DNA from: a virus
Taxonomy: Duplodnaviria; Caudoviricetes
Strand: one strand, 5' to 3'
IMG/VR virus record: IMGVR_UViG_3300044993_000663
Span: 1-57,368 of that record
Length of the DNA stretch: 57,368 nt
Shown: positions 47,759-55,363 of the stretch, piece after piece
How the letters are laid out: each line of letters starts with the position of its first letter
Numbering within the stretch: the stretch's first letter is position 1
Position numbers and translations under genes: made by a program
Notes under the pieces: model-generated
Databases searched by the model: none
The model's input: only the letters and a program-made list of their open reading frames with translations
Told to the model about the DNA's origin: nothing

Positions 47759-48226
47759 TCAGGCCTCGCCCGCCATGTCGCGGCCGGTCTCCAGGCCTTT
47801 GTTGAACGACGCCTCCTTCTCCTTGCGCAGACGCCCGCTGCCGATGAACAGGCCGACGATGCCGGTGAGCGCGGGCAGCGCCGGGCCGAGCACGGGCAGG
47901 CCTGCGACGGTGGGGCCGACGGTGTCGAGGGCCGAGAGCGTGAGTTGCCCCAGCAGCCCGCGGACCTCGCCGGCGCGCTGGATGTTGCCCTTCCACTGCG
48001 CGCCGGTGGCCTGTACCTGGTTGAACCAGTTCTGGTACTCCACCTCCGCCTCGTTCAGCGAGAGCGTCGAGCGCAGGCCGGTCGTCTGCTGGATCGCGTT
48101 GGGCGTCTTGACCTTGACGAGGTCGCCCAGGTCGATCCCGGCGCACGAGGCGAGCAGGAGCGCCAGGAGAACCAGGCCGACGAGGTAGACGACGTGACGG
48201 GTAGAGAGCGAACCGAGGTACTTCAT
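47759..48226 (-). CDS. Phage lipoprotein with second hydrophobic segment
   Basis: Lipobox LASC; C-terminal LPALTGIVGLFIG. Confidence 0.7.
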   Translation of the reverse strand: MKYLGSLSTRHVVYLVGLVLLALLLASCAGIDLGDLVKVKTPNAIQQTTGLRSTLSLNEAEVEYQNWFNQVQATGAQWKGNIQRAGEVRGLLGQLTLSALDTVGPTVAGLPVLGPALPALTGIVGLFIGSGRLRKEKEASFNKGLETGRDMAGEA

Positions 48227-48555
48227 CCGTGAACCTCCTGTGCGATGCGGGGAACCTTGCCGTCGATGAACACGTCCTTGAGGACCGAGACGGGGACCGT
48301 GATGCGACGTTGTGCATAAGAGCGCTGGGCGAATGGATCGAAGTCGCTGGGCTTGAGTCGGCGGGATCGCTTGGGATCGCGGTGCAAGTTGGCGATGACC
48401 GAGAGGCACGAGGAGGCGATGGACCAGTCGTGACGCTGCCGCCCTTCGAGCATCTCCATCAACTCGCGGAGCGTCAGGGGCCCGGGATCGACGCCGACGG
48501 CTCCGGCGCAGTGCCAGACGAGTCGCCAGGCGTCTGCGGCGGCGGGTCCTCTCCC
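48223..48555 (-). CDS. Tail assembly chaperone GT-like segment (-1 frame relative to G gene; start uncertain)
   Basis: Overlapping frame encodes DAWRLVWHCAGAVGVDPGPLTLRELMEM...PSDFDPF. Confidence 0.55.
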   Translation of the reverse strand, partial: GRGPAAADAWRLVWHCAGAVGVDPGPLTLRELMEMLEGRQRHDWSIASSCLSVIANLHRDPKRSRRLKPSDFDPFAQRSYAQRRITVPVSVLKDVFIDGKVPRIAQEVHG

Positions 48556-48995
48556 AGCGCGTTCTCCGCCAGGCGTTCGAGTTCCCCGCTCTGGATCAGG
48601 TGGTCGATCCGCCGCGTCGCCAGGTCGCGGGCCTTGTCCATCACTTCCCGCGTGGCCTGGAGCACCCGCCCGAGGTTGGCCCGGTCCCTCGGGCTCGGGC
48701 AGAAAGACACGAGTTCCTCCAGCACCGCCGCGGTGGCGTGCTCGATGGCGTCGCCCGCCATCGCCCGGCCGAAGTCCTCGTCGCTGATCCCGCGCTGGTC
48801 CGCCTCGGGCTTGCACAGCGCGTACACCACGTCGCACAGCAGCACCGGGTCGCGCACCAGGCGTTCGAGCAGGCCGCCCGTGCCCTCGATGGGTTGCATG
48901 AGGTCCACGCGCACCAGCCCTCGCACGCGCTTGAGGGCCGCGACGTTGATCTCGACCTGCCACTGCCTTCCCGCGTTGTCCGTGAACGATCGCAT
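48474..48995 (-). CDS. Tail assembly chaperone (G-like)
   Basis: Directly after tail tube gene; MRSFTDNAGRQW with AGGAG RBS. Confidence 0.7.
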   Translation of the reverse strand: MRSFTDNAGRQWQVEINVAALKRVRGLVRVDLMQPIEGTGGLLERLVRDPVLLCDVVYALCKPEADQRGISDEDFGRAMAGDAIEHATAAVLEELVSFCPSPRDRANLGRVLQATREVMDKARDLATRRIDHLIQSGELERLAENALGEDPPPQTPGDSSGTAPEPSASIPGP

Positions 48996-49030
48996 CCGTG
49001 TCTCCTGTGCGTGTGTGGTTTGGGTGCGGA

Positions 49031-49459
49031 TCAGCCGCCGATCCATGAAGGCGCCGTCGTCGAGTACGTCACCTTCGCCGTGACCGAGACGGTGATGGCC
49101 TCCTCGAGCGCCTCGCTGCGCGAGAAGTTGGTGATGGAAAAGTCGGCCTGAAGGCCCTGGCCGCTGGTCCCGTCGAGGACCTGCAGGCCGATCACGGCGT
49201 TGTTGAAGAAGGCGTTCTTGATCGCCGTGAACCCCGCGTCGGCGGTGTCCCAGACCATCTCGAACTCGACGCTCGCCTCCTTGAGCGTGCCGACAGTGGC
49301 GCGCCAGCCCGCGTTGGCGCGGGTGGTCACGTCCGCCTCACCCGCTTCGAGGTTGAGCGTCACGTCGCGGGTGTTGCCCATCGCCGTCCATGCGCCGCCG
49401 CCGGCCTGCCCGCCGACCTTGTACTTGAGGACCGCCTCCATGCCCAGTTTGATCGCCAT
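49031..49459 (-). CDS. Major tail tube protein
   Basis: DVTLNLEAGEADVTTR...GWR...FSITNFSRSEALEEAITVSVT. Confidence 0.8.
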   Translation of the reverse strand: MAIKLGMEAVLKYKVGGQAGGGAWTAMGNTRDVTLNLEAGEADVTTRANAGWRATVGTLKEASVEFEMVWDTADAGFTAIKNAFFNNAVIGLQVLDGTSGQGLQADFSITNFSRSEALEEAITVSVTAKVTYSTTAPSWIGG

Positions 49460-49481
49460 TGCCGGTCTCCTTGCCCCTTGC

Positions 49482-49736
49482 TCATCCGCCGTGCCCGACC
49501 ACGTACACGCACTCGCCCGCCTTGCTCTTGACCTCGATCCGCGACAGGTCCACGCGCTCCAGGCGGTACTGCGCGCCCGGCGGGATCAGCAGTTCCTTGC
49601 CGTCGGTCCCCTTGAGCGTGGCGTCCTGCGTGTTGGTGTGCGCGAACGTCAGCGTGCACGTCGCCACCAGCGGCGGCGTCGAGAGGGGCACATAGTCCGT
49701 GTCCAGGTCGATCTTGAGCGCGATGAAGTTCCGCAC
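49482..49736 (-). CDS. Small hypothetical virion protein
   Basis: 84 aa, AGGAGG RBS, in operon. Confidence 0.6.
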   Translation of the reverse strand: MRNFIALKIDLDTDYVPLSTPPLVATCTLTFAHTNTQDATLKGTDGKELLIPPGAQYRLERVDLSRIEVKSKAGECVYVVGHGG

Positions 49737-49748
49737 GACCTCTGCCTC

Positions 49749-50180
49749 CTACCTCCGCACCCGGTACGTGACGCTCAGGACGCTCGTGAAGACCCGGTGC
49801 TGCTCCAGCGACTCGCTCGACACCACCGGCTCGTGGGCGATCCCCGCCCACGCGGCCTCGGGCGCGCCGGGCAACCTCGTCAGCCGCAGCCGGTCGGCGA
49901 TCTCTTCGACCAGGTCGAGCAGGGCGTCGATCTCGGCCTGTTCACCGGTCGCCGGCAACTTCTGTTGCACGCCCACATCGATGACGCACTCGAACGTGCT
50001 GCTGTCGCGGCTGGCGGCGGAGATGCCCACCGTCCGTGGCACCACCGACACGCGCAGGTCCTTGAGGTCCTCCAGCGTGAAGGCGGGCTGGTACACCCGC
50101 CCGGCGCTCACCGGGCGCGAGTACGTCCCGGCGTTGATGTGCGCGGCGACCGCGTCGGCGATGGCGGCGATGGTGCTCAC
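49749..50180 (-). CDS. Putative tail terminator/completion protein
   Basis: IADAVAAHIN...IDVGVQQKL...FTSVLSVTYR; position before tail tube. Confidence 0.65.
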   Translation of the reverse strand: MSTIAAIADAVAAHINAGTYSRPVSAGRVYQPAFTLEDLKDLRVSVVPRTVGISAASRDSSTFECVIDVGVQQKLPATGEQAEIDALLDLVEEIADRLRLTRLPGAPEAAWAGIAHEPVVSSESLEQHRVFTSVLSVTYRVRR

Positions 50181-50440
50181 TGCCCCGGCCTCCCATTCAG
50201 CCGTCCCTCGAGATACGACACCCGCCGCTCGATCGACTGGTACTCGGTGCGCAGGGCTCGTGCCTCGACGATGAGTTCGTCCAGGCGCTTCTCCACCTGC
50301 TGGAGCTTGGCGGTCACCACGCCCCACTGGACGGTCATCGCGCCCGCCGCGAGCAGGATCGTGACGATGATCCCCGCCCACTGGACGCGCAGCGACGCCT
50401 TGCCGCCGTTGCCGTTTTGTCCGTTCGGTCCCGTCATCAC
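50177..50440 (-). CDS. Small TM plus coiled-coil protein
   Basis: WAGIIVTILLAAGAM helix, then coiled coil ending RVSYLEGR. Confidence 0.65.
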   Translation of the reverse strand: MMTGPNGQNGNGGKASLRVQWAGIIVTILLAAGAMTVQWGVVTAKLQQVEKRLDELIVEARALRTEYQSIERRVSYLEGRLNGRPGQ

Positions 50441-50835
50441 GCCTCCGTGCCCACGAACTTCGTGTGAACCCGCATCACTCGCCGGTACGGATCGCTGAAT
50501 CGCCAGGGCGGCTGGCCGTCCGCCCCCCCAGGCGCGTTGACCTCGTACACCAGCACCTGCCCCCCCACGCCACCAACCTGCTCCCTCACCTGGTCGCCCG
50601 CTCGCGGCGTGATCGGTCCCGCGCCCAGGTCCAGGTCCGCCGCGCGGATCAGGAAGTCCCGCGACTCGACGCGGTGGATCAGGCCCGCCTCGTCCGCCTG
50701 CTCGAACTCGGTGCGGCCGATGGTGGCCTGCACCTCCTTCTCCTCCGCGCCGCGCCTGTAGACCACCGCGCGGCTCATGTGCCGATGACGCTGGTCGTCG
50801 AGGAACGCCGCGCCCTGTTCGAGCAGGTCACCCAT
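50437..50835 (-). CDS. Head-tail joining protein
   Basis: ATIGRT...RDFLI...PRAGDQV; position after capsid decoration gene. Confidence 0.7.
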   Translation of the reverse strand: MGDLLEQGAAFLDDQRHRHMSRAVVYRRGAEEKEVQATIGRTEFEQADEAGLIHRVESRDFLIRAADLDLGAGPITPRAGDQVREQVGGVGGQVLVYEVNAPGGADGQPPWRFSDPYRRVMRVHTKFVGTEA

Positions 50836-50856
50836 GCCGCCCTCCTCTCGCCGGGG

Positions 50857-51192
50857 TTACTGCGACATCCGGATGCGCACCGTGATGTCGGCATCGGCCG
50901 CGGCGCGCACCGCCTTGCCGATCACCTTGTTGCCGGCGGCGGTCTTGGTGGCGACCTTGGCGACCGCATCCCAGTACGCCAGCGTGCCGACGGTGAACGC
51001 CGTGCCCGCGCCGGCGGTCTTGGGGAAGTCGAAGACCCCCTGCACCGCCAGCGAGCCGAGTTGATTGGCCTTGAGGTCGACGCGAGTGGTGCCGACCAGG
51101 TCGCCCTGCACGACGACCGTGCCCGCGGGGATGTCGGCCCCGGGGGTGTAGTCGATCGCCGCGCCTTCCTGTACGAACTTCGTCGTGGACAT
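50857..51192 (-). CDS. DUF2190 capsid decoration/cement protein
   Basis: FVQEGAAIDYTP...GVFDFPK...AYWD...IGKAV; GGAGG RBS. Confidence 0.8.
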   Translation of the reverse strand: MSTTKFVQEGAAIDYTPGADIPAGTVVVQGDLVGTTRVDLKANQLGSLAVQGVFDFPKTAGAGTAFTVGTLAYWDAVAKVATKTAAGNKVIGKAVRAAADADITVRIRMSQ

Positions 51193-51282
51193 CTGTGATC
51201 CTCCGGAGCCGGGCTCGCCCGGCTCGCCCCCCCCACCTGGTTCGATCTCGCCGCCGCCCTCGATGACGTCGCCCATGGTGGG

Positions 51283-53334
51283 TTACGCCTCGCCCTTGCT
51301 CTTGACGCCGCCGCGCGGGTCCTGCAGCGCTACGCCGAAGTCGTGGTACCCGCGCATCTGGATGCCCAGACGGTTGAAGTTCTGCTCGGCCGTCTCGATG
51401 GTCGGGGATTCCTGCCCGTTGAGGAACGCCATCTCGACGACGGGCAGGTCGCTCGCGTCCGCCAGCAGGTACCACGCCTTCGTCGAGTTGCCGGTGAACT
51501 TGGGGTTGCCCAGGTAGCGGCTGACCTCGACGCGGAACTTGCCCTGGTGCGGGTTGGTGACCGGGTACCGCGCGTTGGCCGTGTTGTCGCGCAGTTCCAG
51601 GCTCTTGAAGAGCTGGCTGCCCATCGCCGAAAGCGCCGTGGGGACGAGGAGGATCGACGGCAGCACGCCGATGGGCTTGCCGTCGGAGTCCACCTGGTCC
51701 ATGAACGTGACCTCGGCCTTGGTCAGGCCGTCGATCGAGAGCGCCGTGTCCGCGCCGGAGATGAAGTTCTTGTTGCCGACGGTGAAGAAGCCGCTGTTGG
51801 CCATGAACGCGGCCCAGAAGACCTCGTTGATGGTCTTGCCCGAGCCCGAGCCGAGCTTGCGGGGGACGGTCGTGATCGCGCCCAGGTCGTCGTTGATGAT
51901 GTCGGTGCGGTCGATCGACAGCATCAGGGCGTAGGTCTCGGCCTTGTTGGAGTACGACTCTTCGCCGAGCGTGCCGTGCTTGATCTCACCGCCCGGGGCG
52001 ACCTTCTCGTACCCGTCGTTGCCGGTGAGGCGGTAGCTGGTCACGGTCTTGAAGTCGGTGACGCTGCGGACGGCGCAGATGTTCCGCCAGACGCGCTCGA
52101 CGCTGAAGAAGCCCTCCAGCAGGAACTTGTTGGCGACGTTGGAGAGGATGCCCGCGATGCTGATGGTGCTGTTGCCGATGGAGGCCTGCACGTCGGCACC
52201 GGGACGCCCAAAGGCCGCGTCCATGACGCCGTGCCAGTCGCGGAAGGTCCGCCCCGAGTAGCCATTGGCCCACGCGGCGTGCAGGAGCAGTTCCTGCAGC
52301 CCCATCGTGCGGCCGAAGGCGCGGCTCGCTGCCTCGAGATCACGCTCGTTGCAGTGTTGCTCCGGGTTCTCCAGGCGGCCGGAGAGGATGCACGCGGCCT
52401 CGAGCACCTTTTGCGTGACCCCGGCCTGGCCGTGCGCGTGGATCGCCGGACCCGCGGGGGCCTTGGGACGGCTGGCTCGCAGCACCTCCAGCTCCGTGCG
52501 CGTGGCGTCCCACCCCTCACGAATAGCCTGCGACTCGATGGTCGCGTGCGCGCCAGCGCACAGACGGCGGATCGCCGCGATCCGGTCCGTCTCGGCGGCC
52601 ATCTGGGCGCGCAGGTCACGGACGGGATCGGCGGCCTCGGCACCGTTGACGGGTGGCGTTGCAGGTGCGGGGGGCGTCGGGGGTGTGGGGGGCGTGGGCT
52701 GCGTGGGGGACGCAGCGCCGGCCTCGCCCGACGCCGCGATGCTGGCGGTCGTCCCACCATCGGCCCCGAGGTCCACGAAACTGATCTCGCCCAGGGTGGC
52801 GCGGCGGACGATGTTCAGCGGCCCCTGCACTTCGCGGCCGTTGACCGTGGCGGACTGGTTCTCGCGGAGGAACTCGAACGCCTCGACGCTCGCCCCCACC
52901 GACGCCTGCCACGGGAAGCCGTTACGCGCCGAGGCCACGACCTCCTTGGCGGCGTGCGTGTCGCGGGAGATCATGCCCGAGGCGACGAGCTTGCCGTCCT
53001 CGACGGCGACGGCGCTGGTGTGCCCAACGCCCGCGGCCGCATCGTGACCGAAGCGGATCGGGCGGGACTGCGAGGGGATCGCCAGGCCCGCCAGGTCGAT
53101 GACGACCGGGTGCCGCCACCCGGCGACCTTCATCGGGCCGCCGGTGTACGCGACCATCCGGAACCTCGGGAGCGCGGTGCCGCCACCGGCCTCATTGCCC
53201 GAAGCCGCGATGAACTCGAACTCCGCCTGCGCCGTCAGCGACAGGCTCTTGTGCGCGGGCGCGTCGGCGTCGGCGGCCTTGTGGGCGCGGATCACGAGCG
53301 GATGGTCGTTGAACACGATGGTGTCAGACGGCAT
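51283..53334 (-). CDS. Prohead protease-major capsid fusion (Mu gpT-like capsid domain)
   Basis: AYTGG...FPWQASVG...EISFVDLGAD protease part; SVTDFK, IINDDLGA, FLNGQESP, HDFGV capsid part. Confidence 0.88.
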   Translation of the reverse strand: MPSDTIVFNDHPLVIRAHKAADADAPAHKSLSLTAQAEFEFIAASGNEAGGGTALPRFRMVAYTGGPMKVAGWRHPVVIDLAGLAIPSQSRPIRFGHDAAAGVGHTSAVAVEDGKLVASGMISRDTHAAKEVVASARNGFPWQASVGASVEAFEFLRENQSATVNGREVQGPLNIVRRATLGEISFVDLGADGGTTASIAASGEAGAASPTQPTPPTPPTPPAPATPPVNGAEAADPVRDLRAQMAAETDRIAAIRRLCAGAHATIESQAIREGWDATRTELEVLRASRPKAPAGPAIHAHGQAGVTQKVLEAACILSGRLENPEQHCNERDLEAASRAFGRTMGLQELLLHAAWANGYSGRTFRDWHGVMDAAFGRPGADVQASIGNSTISIAGILSNVANKFLLEGFFSVERVWRNICAVRSVTDFKTVTSYRLTGNDGYEKVAPGGEIKHGTLGEESYSNKAETYALMLSIDRTDIINDDLGAITTVPRKLGSGSGKTINEVFWAAFMANSGFFTVGNKNFISGADTALSIDGLTKAEVTFMDQVDSDGKPIGVLPSILLVPTALSAMGSQLFKSLELRDNTANARYPVTNPHQGKFRVEVSRYLGNPKFTGNSTKAWYLLADASDLPVVEMAFLNGQESPTIETAEQNFNRLGIQMRGYHDFGVALQDPRGGVKSKGEA

Positions 53335-54856
53335 GGGATTCAGTCTCCTGTTCCTCGTTGCGCCTCGGCGCGGACTCCTGCTGTGCGGTCGTGGTGAGCG
53401 GGAGCCCGAGCTCGGCCATGAGCGCGAGTTCCTTGGCCCGCTGACGCAGCTCGTCCTCCCAGTCGCGCCCCTGGCGGGCGAACTCGGCGGCGAGCGTGGT
53501 GGTGTGGTTGGCCAGGCGCGTAGCCTGGGCCGTGGCTTCCTTGGCGGGGTCGACGTGCTCGACGCCGTCCCAGAACCAGGTGTGCGGCGTCGCCGCTCCG
53601 CGCACCCGCATGGACTGCGTGAGCAGACCCTCAACGAGCGCGGCTTCGTCGAGCCAGGCCCTGAGCAGGCGGTCAAGGACCGCCAGACGCAGGTGGTGCT
53701 GATCGACGCGCAGGCTCTTGAAGTACGTCTGGTGGTCGAGCCGGCCGCTGGCGTAGTTGTACCCCGAGGAGTTCCCCGCCGCGACGTTGAAGGGCATGTT
53801 CAGGCAGCGGGCGATCTCGTTCAAGATCTCGCGCTTGAACTCCGCATAGCTCGTCGTCGGCTGCTCGGCGTGGACCTGCCCGAGCTTCCAGCCGCCGGGG
53901 AGCACGGTCGCCATGCGCTTCTCGAGCTCGACCTCGTCCATCGGCTCCAGCGGATCGGCCTCGCCGTTGGCGGGGGCGTCGGTGTAGAGCACGGCGGCGA
54001 AGTCCGCGGCGGTCTCGGCGGCGGCGATCACGGCGAGCGTGTACCGCCGCAGCTGCGCGAACAGCGGCAGCGCCGGCGTGATGTCCGGGATGCCGCGCAT
54101 CTGCCCCGGCCGATCGGGCCGGAAGTAGTGCAGCACGCTGCCGGCGGGAAGCGTGTCGAACGCCGCGGGATCGGGAGCACCCCCGCCCCACCCACCGCAG
54201 TCGCCGGGGTGATGGCGCAGCACGCGGTAGGCCACGGGGAGGCCGTGCTCGTCCAGCACGACGCCATCGACCTCGTTGTCGGGGACCCGCATCCCCACGC
54301 GCCACGGTGTGGCGACCTGCTCGGGCTCAATGAGCCGCAGGTCGAGCTTGACGGGCGAGTCAATGCCCGGGCTGCTGACCAGGAGCCCGAACGCCTCGCC
54401 GCTCTCGGCGCGGGCGAGCCGCATGGTGCGGAGCTTGCCGGGCAGGTCGATCGCCTCGGCCCAGGACTCGAAGAGTTCCTCGACGCGCCGGTTGGCGCTG
54501 GCATCGTCGGCCAGCATCTGCAGCCGGGGGCCGGTGCCGATGGTGTCGTTGGCGAGCGTGAGGACGATCCCCTTGGCGTAGGAGTTGTTGGCGACCTCGT
54601 AGCGGGCGCGGTTGCGGAGAACTCGCCGGACCTCGGGGCTGACCGCCGCGTTGGGCGAGAGGCCGTCGGCGTTAGCCCAGTGCCTGCGGTTGTCGGGGGT
54701 GGTCTGCGCCGAGTCGAACTTGGCGACGACCACACGACGGCCGCCGCGTGAACCGCTTCCGTGCGGTGCACGCGACGCCGTCGTGGAGGGAGAGACCGCT
54801 CGCGTCGCGCGATGGGGGGCGGCCCGGCTCATGATGTTGGCGATGGCTTTGAGCAT
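53324..54856 (-). CDS. Lambda-family portal protein
   Basis: LRNRARYEVANN, RPGQMRGIP, YNYASGRLD, HVDPAKE. Confidence 0.92.
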   Translation of the reverse strand: MLKAIANIMSRAAPHRATRAVSPSTTASRAPHGSGSRGGRRVVVAKFDSAQTTPDNRRHWANADGLSPNAAVSPEVRRVLRNRARYEVANNSYAKGIVLTLANDTIGTGPRLQMLADDASANRRVEELFESWAEAIDLPGKLRTMRLARAESGEAFGLLVSSPGIDSPVKLDLRLIEPEQVATPWRVGMRVPDNEVDGVVLDEHGLPVAYRVLRHHPGDCGGWGGGAPDPAAFDTLPAGSVLHYFRPDRPGQMRGIPDITPALPLFAQLRRYTLAVIAAAETAADFAAVLYTDAPANGEADPLEPMDEVELEKRMATVLPGGWKLGQVHAEQPTTSYAEFKREILNEIARCLNMPFNVAAGNSSGYNYASGRLDHQTYFKSLRVDQHHLRLAVLDRLLRAWLDEAALVEGLLTQSMRVRGAATPHTWFWDGVEHVDPAKEATAQATRLANHTTTLAAEFARQGRDWEDELRQRAKELALMAELGLPLTTTAQQESAPRRNEEQETESHAV

Positions 54857-54869
54857 GAGGGCGTGGTCG

Positions 54870-55076
54870 TCAAATGGAGCCGGGAGGAACGAGCTTGGCG
54901 AACTTGACGCCGAGGCCGGGCTTCCTCGCGGCGTCCTTGGACGCGAGGTAGCGATCGGCCTCGATCTGGTCCTTCAACGGGTGCTGCTCGACGGACTGGC
55001 CGTCCACCGACGCCTTCGCGGGCTGCGCCGCGTTGTCGCGGATGGCCTGCTCGAGGTTGGGATCTGGATCGGGCAT
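54870..55076 (-). CDS. gpW-like head completion protein
   Basis: 68 aa between terminase and portal; ASVDGQSVEQHPL. Confidence 0.65.
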   Translation of the reverse strand: MPDPDPNLEQAIRDNAAQPAKASVDGQSVEQHPLKDQIEADRYLASKDAARKPGLGVKFAKLVPPGSI

Positions 55077-55114
55077 GACTGCTCCCGTGTGCGGCGCAGC
55101 GCCGCGTTCGGGAG

Positions 55115-55146
55115 CCATCTACGCAATCGCTCTGAGCCGTGGCGTG
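55115..55146 (-). promoter_or_regulatory. Putative element-sigma promoter, copy 3
   Basis: Plus strand CCATCTACGC-aatcgctctgagcc-GTGGCGTG, upstream of the head operon. Confidence 0.75.
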
Positions 55147-55177
55147 CGCGCGACGCAGAATGGTCGATAGATCGACC

Positions 55178-55363
55178 TCACACCTGGACTTCGCGCGTCA
55201 TGACCCGGCGGCCGCAGTGCCGGCACTCGCGACGACGCAGCACAATCCCGCCCGGACGGTGCTTGACGTACACGACGCGAAAGTGCTGGCACCCGCAACC
55301 GCGGCACACCAGGCCGACCTGTTGACCACTGTTCGACTCGGGCTGGCGCTTCACACGCGGCAT
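55178..55363 (-). CDS. Small Zn-ribbon protein (NrdR-N/Ogr-like)
   Basis: CRGCG...RRRECRHCGRRVMTRE. Confidence 0.75.
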   Translation of the reverse strand: MPRVKRQPESNSGQQVGLVCRGCGCQHFRVVYVKHRPGGIVLRRRECRHCGRRVMTREVQV

